Shown: in pieces, positions 44,693-54,444 of the stretch
How positions within the stretch are numbered: the stretch's first letter is position 1
How the letters are laid out: each line of letters starts with the position of its first letter
Origin: a virus
Taxonomy: Duplodnaviria > Caudoviricetes
IMG/VR virus record: IMGVR_UViG_3300048578_000331
Coordinates: 1 to 56,405 of that record
Reading direction: 5' to 3' (one strand)
Length of the DNA: 56,405 nt
Position numbers and translations under genes: made by a program
The notes under the pieces: model-generated
Told to the model about the DNA's origin: nothing
Databases searched by the model: none
What the model saw: only the letters and a program-made list of their open reading frames with translations

Positions 44693-45421
44693 TTAAAGGC
44701 CCTCGGCGGTGGGTAAGTCTTCATCATCATCGTCGCTGTCGTCGTTGTCTTCATCAGAAGGGGAATCATCGTCGTCGGATTCTTCGCCCTCATCGTTCCC
44801 GGATTCATCGAGATCGTCCTCGTTTTCGCCCTCATCGTCCGCGGAATCGTCGGATTCATCATGCTCGCCGTCATATTCGGAACCGCCTTCGCCGGGATAC
44901 CCTTCATGATCCTCGTTATCATCAGCATCCTCGGAGGAGTCTTCCGGAGCCGGAAGCCCTTTCTGTCCCTCTGTGAGGTTCTTTGTGTCGTTGAATCCAT
45001 CCATAGACGGGCCGCCAACCTGGACATCGAAGCCGTTTTTGCGTACATGGCCATAGTTGGAAGCGGATTCCTCGTCGAACATACTGGTTTGCTTTTTCTT
45101 GATGGGCTCGATCGTGAAATTGCCGGCTGCATCCTGGATGATTTCAAAGTCGCCGGTGAACTCGCCTTTGGCCTCATCCTTGAAGGACAGAACGGTGGAC
45201 ACCTTGTGCTTGATGGTGGGGACGACAGCATCCCTGGTATTGTTGATATTTACAGAGGTGGGATCAGGTACAGACTTATGGTCAAGGCCGATGGTGATTT
45301 TAACCGTGATGTCGCCTGTCTCGCATTCGTAATCCTGCATGTTTTTGAGGGTTTCGCGAATCCCCCGGTCGATGTTAGCGCGAAGCTGAGCAAGGGGTGC
45401 ACTTTCGATGGTGATGTACAT
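44693..45421 (-). CDS. Phage protein with a very acidic C-terminal tail
   Basis: RBS GGAGGA; last 75 aa or so dominated by D/E. Confidence 0.75.
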   Translation of the reverse strand: MYITIESAPLAQLRANIDRGIRETLKNMQDYECETGDITVKITIGLDHKSVPDPTSVNINNTRDAVVPTIKHKVSTVLSFKDEAKGEFTGDFEIIQDAAGNFTIEPIKKKQTSMFDEESASNYGHVRKNGFDVQVGGPSMDGFNDTKNLTEGQKGLPAPEDSSEDADDNEDHEGYPGEGGSEYDGEHDESDDSADDEGENEDDLDESGNDEGEESDDDDSPSDEDNDDSDDDDEDLPTAEGL

Positions 45422-45447
45422 AGATTCATCCTCCGTTTTTTCGTTCG

Positions 45448-45648
45448 TCAATCCCGTACAGGGAACGGTAGTCCACATTCGCCTGTATACAGGACAATGT
45501 GGCCTTGTTCAACGGTGACAAGGGAGTGCGGGTCGCAGTATTCATTCATGAATTCCGCCAGCGGCGCTGCAGCCACTTCCAGGGCTTTGTTACGCTCCTC
45601 GTTTGTGTACTTTGGGACTTTCCTCTGTTCGTCCATGCTCTTTTCCAT
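45448..45648 (-). CDS. Hypothetical protein
   Basis: AAAPLAEFMNEYCDPH motif. Confidence 0.6.
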   Translation of the reverse strand: MEKSMDEQRKVPKYTNEERNKALEVAAAPLAEFMNEYCDPHSLVTVEQGHIVLYTGECGLPFPVRD

Positions 45649-45663
45649 TTTTCCTTCCTCCGT

Positions 45664-46023
45664 TTATTTTTTGATATGCTGTTGAATCGTATCATTCATG
45701 GCTGACACAGATGGATAACCATACTTTTCAGCGACGGATTCCGCTTCTGCGCCGCAGTCAAGGTCCCATGATGCATCTGCCGCCCTGGCCTGTTCTTCCA
45801 TTGCCTTTTCCTTTTCGGCTACCTGAAAAAGCTCATCAGGGCTAAGTGGATATGTAATTGTGACGACATTGGGCTTTTCGATTTCTGGGCTACTCTTTGG
45901 CTTTGAACGTCTGCCCTTGAAAATCATGAACAGCCCAATGAGCATCATCGAGGCGCCTGATACAACAGCCAATATTCCAAGGCTATTGCAGAAAAAGATC
46001 AGAAGGAAAATCGGCATCTGCAA
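45664..46023 (-). CDS. Hypothetical membrane protein
   Basis: N-terminal hydrophobic segment. Confidence 0.55.
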   Translation of the reverse strand: MQMPIFLLIFFCNSLGILAVVSGASMMLIGLFMIFKGRRSKPKSSPEIEKPNVVTITYPLSPDELFQVAEKEKAMEEQARAADASWDLDCGAEAESVAEKYGYPSVSAMNDTIQQHIKK

Positions 46024-46043
46024 CTACCCGATACCTCCTTTCA

Positions 46044-46274
46044 TCATGCGTGGCGCTTGATATAACCGTTTCGACATTCTTCGGTGCAAAAGTCCCGCCA
46101 TTCTCCGTTGACCTTGGTGCTCCTCCAACCATTTGCTTCAATATCGGCCTGCGCTTGCCGGTAGTCTGGATGACCTTCATCAAATTCAGTTGAAACGGTC
46201 TTCCCGCATTCATCGCAAGTGCTGATGATCTCGCCTTCTCCGTGGATGAGCCCCCATTCGACTTCCTTGCTCAT
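46044..46274 (-). CDS. Small zinc-finger protein
   Basis: TCDECG...GW...DFCTEEC. Confidence 0.65.
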   Translation of the reverse strand: MSKEVEWGLIHGEGEIISTCDECGKTVSTEFDEGHPDYRQAQADIEANGWRSTKVNGEWRDFCTEECRNGYIKRHA

Positions 46275-46289
46275 GGCAAGCCCTCCGTG

Positions 46290-46793
46290 CTAGATAGCAA
46301 TATTTCGGCCATTTGCTTCATCGTGTTTTCTGTCAATGTACGTGATTCCAACCGCATAAGCCGCCCATATGTCCTTGTAAAAGCCGTAGAACCAATCCTT
46401 GTTCTTGATCGTCCCTTTACCATTTTTCATGTCGTGACTTGCGAAGCGGTCTATTAGTGCCTGCCTTACATTCGCATCCTTCGCTTTTGCGCTGTGACAA
46501 AGATTCATTTTCACGTCGCTGCGATAGATGAACGATACCGGCAGCCCGTACGAAAGCGCGGCTTCTTGAAATCTGCCGATCCAAACGCACGTTTCGAACA
46601 CTTCTCTCCCTACCGCCATGCCGTAGCTTGCAATCATTTCGATGACAACTGAATCGTCAAGCGGCCTTAATTTGATAAACTTGAGTGCTTCTTCGTTTGG
46701 AACCTTTGCAAACACCAGTGGCTTATAACCTTCACCTATGAGCGTGTATGCCGTTTCGATGTTTCCCGGATCGATAGCAAGCAACCTATTCAT
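46290..46793 (-). CDS. RuvC-like Holliday junction resolvase
   Basis: LLAIDPG, VVIEMI and KDIWAAYAV RNase H-fold motifs. Confidence 0.75.
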   Translation of the reverse strand: MNRLLAIDPGNIETAYTLIGEGYKPLVFAKVPNEEALKFIKLRPLDDSVVIEMIASYGMAVGREVFETCVWIGRFQEAALSYGLPVSFIYRSDVKMNLCHSAKAKDANVRQALIDRFASHDMKNGKGTIKNKDWFYGFYKDIWAAYAVGITYIDRKHDEANGRNIAI

Positions 46794-47199
46794 TCACATC
46801 ACCATCTGCATCTTCATCGGATTTCGTAATGTACAAGTAATAGTCGAAGGCCTTGCCCTGGGGGGTACGTTTTTCCTTTCCCTGGCGAACCATGAAGCCG
46901 TTACGGACCATGATGGCCGCTATGGCAACACGGTCATCTTCCTTGAAAATCTTCAGCTTTCCGACATCGCTTTTTGCTGATGGACGGAAGCCGTATAACA
47001 GGTAGTCCAGCGTGACATCGAAATAGTTGGCGAGGGCGATGAGCGTTTTTCCCTCCGGGATGCACCGGCCGAGCTCATATTGACGGATAGCGCTTTCAGA
47101 AATGTCAAGCTCTTCGGAGAGGGCCTTTTGAGTCTTTTCCTTCTTCGAGCGAAGGCGGATGAGGTTTTCAGCAAATTGAAGCTCCAGGTTTTCCATCAT
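46786..47199 (-). CDS. XRE-family HTH protein
   Basis: TQKALSEELDISESAIRQYELG...YFDVTLDYL. Confidence 0.8.
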   Translation of the reverse strand: MMENLELQFAENLIRLRSKKEKTQKALSEELDISESAIRQYELGRCIPEGKTLIALANYFDVTLDYLLYGFRPSAKSDVGKLKIFKEDDRVAIAAIMVRNGFMVRQGKEKRTPQGKAFDYYLYITKSDEDADGDVNE

Positions 47200-48048
47200 C
47201 TATCCCTCCAGTATTTTCCCGATCTCCGCGAACCGCTTCCCGGCTTCCTTCTTGCGCCATGAGACGCTATTGAATAGAACCGGGTAGCAGACTTCAAACA
47301 GACGATCAAATATTCTGGCATACCGTATGTCCGAAGTGTCCTTCATCTGGTCGAGGGTCAAGTTTGTGGTAACGATCATCGGCTTGCCGGATCTGTAGCG
47401 GTCATCGATCATTCCATAGACCTTTTCCATGCCATAGTCTGATGTCCGCTCGGCGCCAAGGTCATCGAAAACCACCAGGCCGGCTCTTTTGATCTCTTCC
47501 GATAAATCCTGTTCAGCATCGCCGTTGAGCTGCAGGATTTTCACAAATGAGGTCATGATAACGCTTGTCCCCTTGCTCATCAGGAAATTGCAAATGCATG
47601 CGGCTGCATAGGTTTTGCCGGTTCCGGTGTCTCCGAATAGCAGCAACCCTTGATTACGCTCGACCATCTGTGAGAAGACTTCTGCATACCTTAGGCAGGT
47701 TTTCATTGCTTTGGGGTTCTGTTTGAAGTCGGCGATATCGAAGGTGCTGTCTACGAACTTGGCTTCCATCAGACTTGCAAGGCGAAGGCGCTTGAGGCGT
47801 TCTACTTCCTCCTGCTCTTTTCTTGACTTCTCAGCTGATTCACAGGCAGCTGCTGCGCATTTGCACATGATAGGGGGAGTGATTTCCTTTGGCGGAGAAA
47901 GCTGGAGCGTCACCCGGCATTGTTTAGCCGTTTTGCATTTTCCACAGTAGAGCAGCCCATCAGCGCCGACGTAATCTCCTGGTGCTCTCGGATTGGCCTT
48001 CTCTGCGCGTGATACAATGGAGAGAAAGATTTTATCTGCTTCATGCAT
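47200..48048 (-). CDS. DnaC/IstB-like helicase loader ATPase
   Basis: GDTGTGKT, VFDDLGAE, IVTTN, RIFDRL. Confidence 0.9.
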   Translation of the reverse strand: MHEADKIFLSIVSRAEKANPRAPGDYVGADGLLYCGKCKTAKQCRVTLQLSPPKEITPPIMCKCAAAACESAEKSRKEQEEVERLKRLRLASLMEAKFVDSTFDIADFKQNPKAMKTCLRYAEVFSQMVERNQGLLLFGDTGTGKTYAAACICNFLMSKGTSVIMTSFVKILQLNGDAEQDLSEEIKRAGLVVFDDLGAERTSDYGMEKVYGMIDDRYRSGKPMIVTTNLTLDQMKDTSDIRYARIFDRLFEVCYPVLFNSVSWRKKEAGKRFAEIGKILEG

Positions 48049-48820
48049 GGGGGACCTCCATAAACTCGCTGTAGGGGTTTCCTTCTTGTGCTCCTACTGG
48101 TGATTTCGCTTGCTTTCGCCTGAATAGCTCCGGACGCTCTTTCCTGATCTTGTCGATCGTCCATGTGAGGATGGCGCGGTAATCGGATTTGTACCGCTTT
48201 CCGTTTGCTCCCTTGTAGTTGTCAAGCGCCTCGATGGCGGCGGCTGTGGCATCATTTCCGTATTGATCAAGCAGCTTTTGGAATTCATCTTCCGTCATGG
48301 TGACAAAGTCGCCATACTTGACTTTCTTTGGCTTTGCTTCTTTGTCAGTGGGGGCATCACCGGATTGGGGCTGATCTGGTTCGGCTGTTTGAGCGTTAAC
48401 AGGGGGTGACGCGGCAGAGGTGGACATGTTTTCCCGAGCCAGTCTGCTTTTTTCCCGAGAAATGCGCTTCCTGCCGGCGTCGTACTCCCTGATTCCCATC
48501 AGCCTAATCCTGTCGCTTTGCCAGTCCGGCCAATCATGAGCAATAAGCTCATGGCCCTCTTTGTCAATCCACTCTTTTTCAACCAGGGCATCAAAGACAT
48601 CCTTAGGATCAAGTTCCTCACTGCATCCAGAAGCAATTACATCAATGACGTCCTCTTCTTCAACACCTTTAAGCCTTCCGTCATCGTCTGCGTTTACAGC
48701 ACACCATAACCAGAATGACGAGAGGAGACCAAGGGCTTCATTGCGTGAGCAGCCAATCCGTTTTGCTAGATGTCTTAGTTTTGGCCCTAGAACCTTGTCG
48801 TGTACACTAATCCAGCCCAC
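48041..48820 (-). CDS. Phage replication initiator / replisome organizer, GTG start
   Basis: WISVHD..L...ALGLL..FWLW; HDWPDWQ; C-terminal YKSDYRAILTW; upstream of the loader gene. Confidence 0.78.
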   Translation of the reverse strand: MGWISVHDKVLGPKLRHLAKRIGCSRNEALGLLSSFWLWCAVNADDDGRLKGVEEEDVIDVIASGCSEELDPKDVFDALVEKEWIDKEGHELIAHDWPDWQSDRIRLMGIREYDAGRKRISREKSRLARENMSTSAASPPVNAQTAEPDQPQSGDAPTDKEAKPKKVKYGDFVTMTEDEFQKLLDQYGNDATAAAIEALDNYKGANGKRYKSDYRAILTWTIDKIRKERPELFRRKQAKSPVGAQEGNPYSEFMEVPHA

Positions 48821-48843
48821 AGGCAGATCACCTGCCTTTTTTG

Positions 48844-49902
48844 TTACTCAAGTTCTGAGGTTTCGTCAGTGCTTTCATCATCGATGGCATTTGCTATGTC
48901 CACATGTCTTTTGAGCTTTTCAATGATGAGTTGGTATGCGTCCAGGGGCATACCTGCGAGCGATTTGAACCCTTCTGAGGTGATAAGCTTTTGGATCGTG
49001 CTCACACCTTCTTCTTTGCCCAACCCCTCAATCGCTAGGGTAAAAAGCTCTATAGACTTTTTTACCTTTGCAGTCACACGAAGATATGAGGAGTAGAGCA
49101 TTCCGATAGTTGATTCGACACCTTCACTCGCAATGATCATCTGGAGAACTTCGATGCCATCCTCTTTCCCAAGGCCATCCGTGGCGAGTTTGAAAAGCTC
49201 CTTGCGTTCTTCTTGGGTAATGGGCCTGTCATCATCTTTTTCATCGCCGTCTTGATCGTCGCCCGGAGCAATGACAGATCCTTCAGTACCAATGACGATA
49301 GGCGGTTTTACGTTTCCTGGCCCACCATCAGGAGTTGCTTCCTCGGCAGTGTAAAGGCCCTGGTAGTCCTTAGGGAAGGCGGCGCGCAGTGCCTGGCTGA
49401 CAGCTACTTTTTCAATCATCGTCGCCGGCTTGGTTCCCCAGTTTGCCATCGGCTTGCCATCCTTGAATTTTTGGTATTCGGCCAATGCTACTTCCTTGTA
49501 GGTTTCGATGTTTCTGCCATTCTTTTGCCTGGTCACACGGCACCAGCCGCCAATCAGAGTTTCAAACGGGTACAGGCAGGTGCCCTCTTTCTGAACAATG
49601 GCTTCTTTCCGCAGGACCACAATGCCGGATGTCCTGCCGTAATACTCCGGATTTTCCTCAGCCCTGCGCTTGTAGGTTTCATATCCTACCACCATCTGGA
49701 AGTCATTTCCGAATTTAATGGCATATGCTTCGCCTACAAACGGATTCAACTTCTGGTATTTGCAGAGCTGCAGAAACATCATGGTTTCCTGGTCTGTTAA
49801 GGGGGTGGAGCCGTGTACCAGATACTTTTTGACTGTTTCCGCATCCAGCTTTACGGGGCCGAGGGCTGTTTCGTACTGCGCAACCATGAGATCGTTTGCC
49901 AT
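48844..49902 (-). CDS. bet: Bet/RecT single-strand annealing protein
   Basis: FLQLCKYQKLNPF..EAY.IKF, W..KPATMIEKVAVSQALR.AFP. Confidence 0.88.
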   Translation of the reverse strand: MANDLMVAQYETALGPVKLDAETVKKYLVHGSTPLTDQETMMFLQLCKYQKLNPFVGEAYAIKFGNDFQMVVGYETYKRRAEENPEYYGRTSGIVVLRKEAIVQKEGTCLYPFETLIGGWCRVTRQKNGRNIETYKEVALAEYQKFKDGKPMANWGTKPATMIEKVAVSQALRAAFPKDYQGLYTAEEATPDGGPGNVKPPIVIGTEGSVIAPGDDQDGDEKDDDRPITQEERKELFKLATDGLGKEDGIEVLQMIIASEGVESTIGMLYSSYLRVTAKVKKSIELFTLAIEGLGKEEGVSTIQKLITSEGFKSLAGMPLDAYQLIIEKLKRHVDIANAIDDESTDETSELE

Positions 49903-49906
49903 GCTT

Positions 49907-50626
49907 CTACCTCCCAATGCTGATCTTAGGAATCTCTTTGTATGTGACGCCGGGGATCCGAATGGTTCCCTTTGAGGACCTGATCAGGCGCATGACTGCG
50001 GCCATGTCAACCGGGCGAATGGGGATGCCAGCCACTTCGAGCGGGACCTCCTTGTCATTGACTGACACAACCTCCCAGTCTTTGCCTGAGGAAACACCCT
50101 GTGCTTTCGGCATGGGAATAAAAAGAGCCGGACCACGGCTGGCAGATTCGGAAACAACAGCTTCGGTGAAAAGGTCTTGTGCCTTTTCCTGATCGCCAGC
50201 CTCACCAGCGGCAATCGCTTCATCAAGCTTTTTCTTTGCTTCCTCTTCTGCCTTGCGGCGCTGCTCTTCTTCCTGGGCTTTCCGCTTGATTTCCTGCTCC
50301 CGCAGGAATGCGCCCATTGTCAGCTTCAGGGTGCTTTCGGCTTTTGTAAGCGGATCAAGCATTTGGCGTTCCCTGTCGCATGCTGCTTTGTGGGCCTGGT
50401 TGGCGGCATCCTTGATGGGCTTGAAGAAATCCTTGACATCAGCCATTTTCTGCTTTAGGTTCCGGCCGAATGCGGCCGCCTGCTGGTATTCATCATCATT
50501 CGTGATGACAATAGCTTCAGCGGAAAGCTGAACGCTGCTGACGGTCTTTTCGAGTTCGTGTTCCGCCTTTTCCATGATGCCTGGGATTACCGCGATTACC
50601 GATTCGTTGAGATTACGAGCTTCCAT
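49907..50626 (-). CDS. Coiled-coil recombination-module protein
   Basis: Between nuclease and Bet; ends IPGV.Y.E. Confidence 0.65.
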   Translation of the reverse strand: MEARNLNESVIAVIPGIMEKAEHELEKTVSSVQLSAEAIVITNDDEYQQAAAFGRNLKQKMADVKDFFKPIKDAANQAHKAACDRERQMLDPLTKAESTLKLTMGAFLREQEIKRKAQEEEQRRKAEEEAKKKLDEAIAAGEAGDQEKAQDLFTEAVVSESASRGPALFIPMPKAQGVSSGKDWEVVSVNDKEVPLEVAGIPIRPVDMAAVMRLIRSSKGTIRIPGVTYKEIPKISIGR

Positions 50627-50629
50627 GTG

Positions 50630-51250
50630 TTACCTCCCAATTTTGTATTTTTGGATATGGCCCCATATGGTGTACAGAGCCACAAACACTTCCAGGGATT
50701 CTCGATCATTTACCGGGTAGGGATCGAACGTGTACTGTCCATTTTGCTGTAGGTGCAGTATGGCCTTGCCCTGAACTTCCAGACCGTGGCTGGCATATGC
50801 GGTTGCATATCCGGCAAGCTGGACGCCTGTGAGCATCCGATTGATGGTGGCGCTTGTCTTCGTGTCGATGAGAACCAGCTTTCCATTGATCAGGCAAAAG
50901 AGGTCCGCCGTTCCGGCATAGCGCAGGATTTTGTGGTATACACGGCATTCTGTTCCGATGACTTGAGCGCCAGTATCACGCTGCCACTTGACAAAAGCAT
51001 CAAAATAGCCAATGTAGGCCGATGGGATATCTTTAATACCGACGTTTACGTAATTCTCAATGGCGTTATGAATCGCTGTGCCGCGGTCTGCTGCCGCATT
51101 CAAGGTACTTTCATCAATGCCTTTGTACAGAGCTTCCGAAAGAGGGCGCATGATCGTTGTCACGCTTGGGAGCTGAATCCCCTTGAGCTTGTAGATATGC
51201 TTGGCTTCATCAAACGCCAATTCATCAAATGCCGGGATAACAATACTCAA
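50630..51250 (-). CDS. PD-(D/E)XK exonuclease, probable Bet partner
   Basis: LPSVTTI, RGTAIH, YAGTAD, LIDTKT, QLAGY. Confidence 0.85.
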   Translation of the reverse strand: MSIVIPAFDELAFDEAKHIYKLKGIQLPSVTTIMRPLSEALYKGIDESTLNAAADRGTAIHNAIENYVNVGIKDIPSAYIGYFDAFVKWQRDTGAQVIGTECRVYHKILRYAGTADLFCLINGKLVLIDTKTSATINRMLTGVQLAGYATAYASHGLEVQGKAILHLQQNGQYTFDPYPVNDRESLEVFVALYTIWGHIQKYKIGR

Positions 51251-51479
51251 CGCTATCGCCCTTTCGTGCTTGCTTGATCGGATACCCTACAGATTCCAAG
51301 AGTTCGCTTTTTGTCATGCCGTCAAGGCAGATCTCACATACAGGGCCTTTTTCCAAATCGGCATATCGATCATCGGCATAAATGCCTTCGTGGCATTGGA
51401 CGCAGGTGTGAATAGGAGCCGGCGTTTCCTCATGCGGACATCCCCGCATGCAGGGGGTATGTAGGCACATGCTGCACAT
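51225..51479 (-). CDS. Small Cys-rich protein
   Basis: MCSMCLHTPC..GCP...CVQC...CEIC. Confidence 0.7.
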   Translation of the reverse strand: MCSMCLHTPCMRGCPHEETPAPIHTCVQCHEGIYADDRYADLEKGPVCEICLDGMTKSELLESVGYPIKQARKGDSVEYCYPGI

Positions 51480-51714
51480 AAACCGGGCCCTCCGTTCTTT
51501 GCAGTTCGATGTATGCTGCAAGCATGTAGCTGTTCAAAAGATAATTCCGTATCTCATCAGCCAAAAGGATCGGAACATAAGACTCTTCCTGACCTGCCGC
51601 CTTTGCTTTGTGGGTTGTATAGCTGAGGATCTCTTCGAAGGTATCATCATCAAGCGGGGCGCCTGATTCCTTTTCCATCAGCTTCCGGACATCCGAAATC
51701 TCCGAGCTTATCAC
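51430..51714 (-). CDS. Hypothetical protein, GTG start
   Basis: RBS AAAGGAGG; YVPILLADEI. Confidence 0.6.
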   Translation of the reverse strand: MISSEISDVRKLMEKESGAPLDDDTFEEILSYTTHKAKAAGQEESYVPILLADEIRNYLLNSYMLAAYIELQRTEGPVYVQHVPTYPLHAGMSA

Positions 51715-51859
51715 TGGCCTTGCCTCCTTTCTCCACTTCCGTAACGAACAAGGCAATGTTCAGGACTTCCATGGTTTTGATAGCTTTCTTGAGCTCCGCA
51801 TCCGATTTGATTCCGTATCTATCAGCAAGGCGCTTTTTCATTTCTGAAGCAGGTATCAT
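51650..51859 (-). CDS. Hypothetical protein
   Basis: YGIKSDAEL..A motif; overlaps the upstream stop. Confidence 0.55.
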   Translation of the reverse strand: MIPASEMKKRLADRYGIKSDAELKKAIKTMEVLNIALFVTEVEKGGKASDKLGDFGCPEADGKGIRRPA

Positions 51860-52362
51860 CCGTTATTACCTACTCTCCGCTTTTGCTGAACTCCAAATAA
51901 GCGCATGCGGTGGACCGCTTTTTGCAGGTTATCCAGGTAGGAAACCTGTTCCAAGAAGTCGGCTTTTTCATCGTCCTGTACTTTACCGTCAGCTGCTATT
52001 TCAGCCAGGCGGTTGAGTAGGTTCTTGATCTTTTCTGGCGAAAGGCCGCAAATGAGCTTCAGAACAGCACTTTCAAGCGTACAGGAATCCGTAGGTATCG
52101 GCTCTCCGCTTCCGATGGGGCATTCATTCGCGCAATACTGAGCCTTTAGCTGTGGAGCGTTGTATAGGTCAGACATGAGAACAACCTTGTCGACAGGAAC
52201 AACCTTTGTGTTACCCAGTTCGTAGTCAGCCAGAGAAGATACCGAAACCCCAAGCAGTTCTGCAGCTCCTTCGCGGGAAGATAGCTTGTCATTGTATGCT
52301 GAGGCTGCTTTCCTGCACTGAAAGTAGCAGTTGTGGTTCTCTTTCATCTGGCCGTTTGCCAT
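51856..52362 (-). CDS. XRE-family HTH regulator in the CII-like position
   Basis: SREGAAELLGVSVSSLADYELG...YCANECPIG. Confidence 0.8.
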   Translation of the reverse strand: MANGQMKENHNCYFQCRKAASAYNDKLSSREGAAELLGVSVSSLADYELGNTKVVPVDKVVLMSDLYNAPQLKAQYCANECPIGSGEPIPTDSCTLESAVLKLICGLSPEKIKNLLNRLAEIAADGKVQDDEKADFLEQVSYLDNLQKAVHRMRLFGVQQKRRVGNNG

Positions 52363-52393
52363 TTTGGGCACCTACGCTTTCGTGTTATCATCG

Positions 52394-52618
52394 TTACGGG
52401 TTGGTAATTTTGCTGCCGTAGAACATGCCCCACATTTCCGAAATCTCAATCTTAAGAACGTCAGCAATTCTTAATGCGACTTCTGGGGAAGGACGGCGCC
52501 TTCCGGTTTCACAGTCAGAAATCATTTGTTGCGTGACTTTTGCCTGTGTCGCAAGCTCCTCCTGCGTCAGATTAGCTTCTTCCCGCTTATCTCTTAGGTT
52601 CTGCTGCACCTGCTTCAC
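52394..52618 (-). CDS. Cro-like repressor
   Basis: LTQEELA...VTQQMISDCETGRRRPS; divergent from CI. Confidence 0.85.
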   Translation of the reverse strand: MKQVQQNLRDKREEANLTQEELATQAKVTQQMISDCETGRRRPSPEVALRIADVLKIEISEMWGMFYGSKITNP

Positions 52619-52635
52619 CTCCTGATTGCTGTATT

Positions 52636-52742
52636 AACAGCAGAATGTGGTATTTATCTGTATCTTACCGCGTTGTGCTGTACGTGTCAAGAGGAAATAT
52701 CGCAATTCGCTGTTTTATTTTTACGTCATTCCGCTGTATTAT
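52636..52742. promoter_or_regulatory. Lysis/lysogeny switch: lytic promoter and four operator-like sites
   Basis: Minus-strand TTGACA-17 bp-TAAGAT (52662-52690); TACNGC-N5-GCTGTA-like sites at 52636, 52666, 52698 and 52722. Confidence 0.7.
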
Positions 52743-52758
52743 TGAATGGGGTGATTTT

Positions 52759-53175
52759 GTGTGGGGTGACAGGATAAAAACTCTTCGAGAGAAGCGAAAT
52801 TTAACACAGTCGGCTCTAGGTGACTTGCTTGATGTTCAGCAGCAGACAATAGCGGGCTGGGAGAAGGAAAAGCGTTCGCCTGATATTGATGCTTTTATAA
52901 AACTGGCTAATTTTTTCCATGTTTCTCTTGATTACCTTGTAGGCAGAACAGATGAGCCTTTCTATGTGTCTGTAGACCAATGTGAAGCAGAAACGGAAAT
53001 CCTGTTTTCAACAACAAAAAAACTCCCCGAGCAAAAGCCCGGGGAGGCTGTGGCCACAGCATCCGCTTCAATCAGTTCTGCTGCCGTTCAGTCAATGAGT
53101 CGGCAAGAACTTGAATCATTTGTTGAAGGCCTCGTCCGCAAAGCGATTGAGGGTCAACAAAAAAGCGGAAATTAA
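52759..53175 (+). CDS. CI-like repressor (XRE HTH, no peptidase domain), GTG start
   Basis: LTQSALG...QQQTIAGWEKEKRSPD...FHVSLDYLVGRTD. Confidence 0.82.
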   Translation: MWGDRIKTLREKRNLTQSALGDLLDVQQQTIAGWEKEKRSPDIDAFIKLANFFHVSLDYLVGRTDEPFYVSVDQCEAETEILFSTTKKLPEQKPGEAVATASASISSAAVQSMSRQELESFVEGLVRKAIEGQQKSGN

Positions 53176-53433
53176 CTATTAATTCGGTTGTGCTTTCCTG
53201 CATCACACTCCCGTCATCTGGGGATATAGTCACCGATGCCAAGATCGACCGTTGATCGTTTATCATCTGTGTACCCCTTAATATAGGGGCAGCCACCTAA
53301 AAAATTTCGCATGCGACGATTGCATTATATAACATCATGGTAAATTATGCACATGGAAAATATTTACCAAAGGGACCAAGAGAAAACACGAATGAAACGG
53401 CGTAAGCCGTTCAATGAAAGGTGGTATCCCAAT

Positions 53434-53934
53434 ATGCAGAGGCGCATTGCTTTCCTGGTGGCGATCTTTTTAATGGCTTTGTCAATGGCTCCTGGACTGG
53501 CTGAGCAGGCAGCCCCAGTGACCGAAGCCCTTGTAACTTCTAGCGTGGATATCGCAAATGATCCGGTTCTCGTTGAAAAGACCCTTGGCGATTACTATGT
53601 GGCCATTACCGGGGCAACCGTAACCAAGGACTACGAAGGGAAGCCCTGCATTGCATTCTCGTTCAGGTGGTCACATAACGAGAAAGACGCTCAGTCCTTC
53701 CTACTGGCTTTCGGAATCACGCCATTCCAAAATGGCATTGAGCTTGAACGTGCTATCATGGCGGACGGAGTTGATACGAAACAAACCATGCTGGATGTGA
53801 AGGCGGGTTTTCAGCAGAATGTGCAGGTGGCATACGTCCTCGCGGATACAACGTCAAAGGTCGATATCGAAGTAGCTGAACTGTTCAATTTTACGGGAGA
53901 CGATAAGCTTACGTTCGCTTTCAATCTCCAATAA
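53434..53934 (+). CDS. DUF5067-like exported protein (lysogenic conversion / superinfection-exclusion candidate)
   Basis: Signal peptide; DYEGKP and FQNGIEL motifs. Confidence 0.7.
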   Translation: MQRRIAFLVAIFLMALSMAPGLAEQAAPVTEALVTSSVDIANDPVLVEKTLGDYYVAITGATVTKDYEGKPCIAFSFRWSHNEKDAQSFLLAFGITPFQNGIELERAIMADGVDTKQTMLDVKAGFQQNVQVAYVLADTTSKVDIEVAELFNFTGDDKLTFAFNLQ

Positions 53935-53967
53935 GAATCGTTTGGTAATGATGCAGCGGGAGGGAAT

Positions 53968-54324
53968 ATGTCAGTCTTCATTGATCGTGTGCAGGCGCTT
54001 CTTGAAGAAAAAGGCTTAAGTCAGAAATGGCTTGCCGATCAATCCAATTTGTCGCCGGCAAACATATCGCGCTATTTGAGCGGTATTCATACACCGAACA
54101 TCGAAATCATCATGCCCATTGCAAGCGCTTTATCGGTTTCGGTTGATTACCTGCTCGGGTTGACCGATGTACAATCACCAAGAGGGAAGATCGACGAAAT
54201 AGCCTTCGCACTGCTGACAACCGTTTCTAAGGCGAGCACCAGGGATAAGCATATCATAGCTTGCATCCTGAAGGATTATGCTGAACCTCCAGAAATGCGG
54301 CTGATCGATAAGGCAATATTATAA
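53968..54324 (+). CDS. XRE-family HTH regulator
   Basis: LSQKWLA...SPANISRYLSG..TP...VSVDYLLGLTD. Confidence 0.85.
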   Translation: MSVFIDRVQALLEEKGLSQKWLADQSNLSPANISRYLSGIHTPNIEIIMPIASALSVSVDYLLGLTDVQSPRGKIDEIAFALLTTVSKASTRDKHIIACILKDYAEPPEMRLIDKAIL

Positions 54325-54444
54325 CAAGGATGGTCCTGCTAAGGCAGGGCCTTCTTGTATACCGTAGCTTCTATGTTACGTTACTATCTCGTATTCCTAT
54401 ATCTTATATACTCCTAGTATATAGTATATATATAGTCCCTGTTT

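Noticed and set aside
53072-53296. Minus-strand ORF antisense to the CI 3' end
   Set aside because: Has a plausible RBS but overlaps CI by about 100 nt, with no recognisable motif and a weak -35
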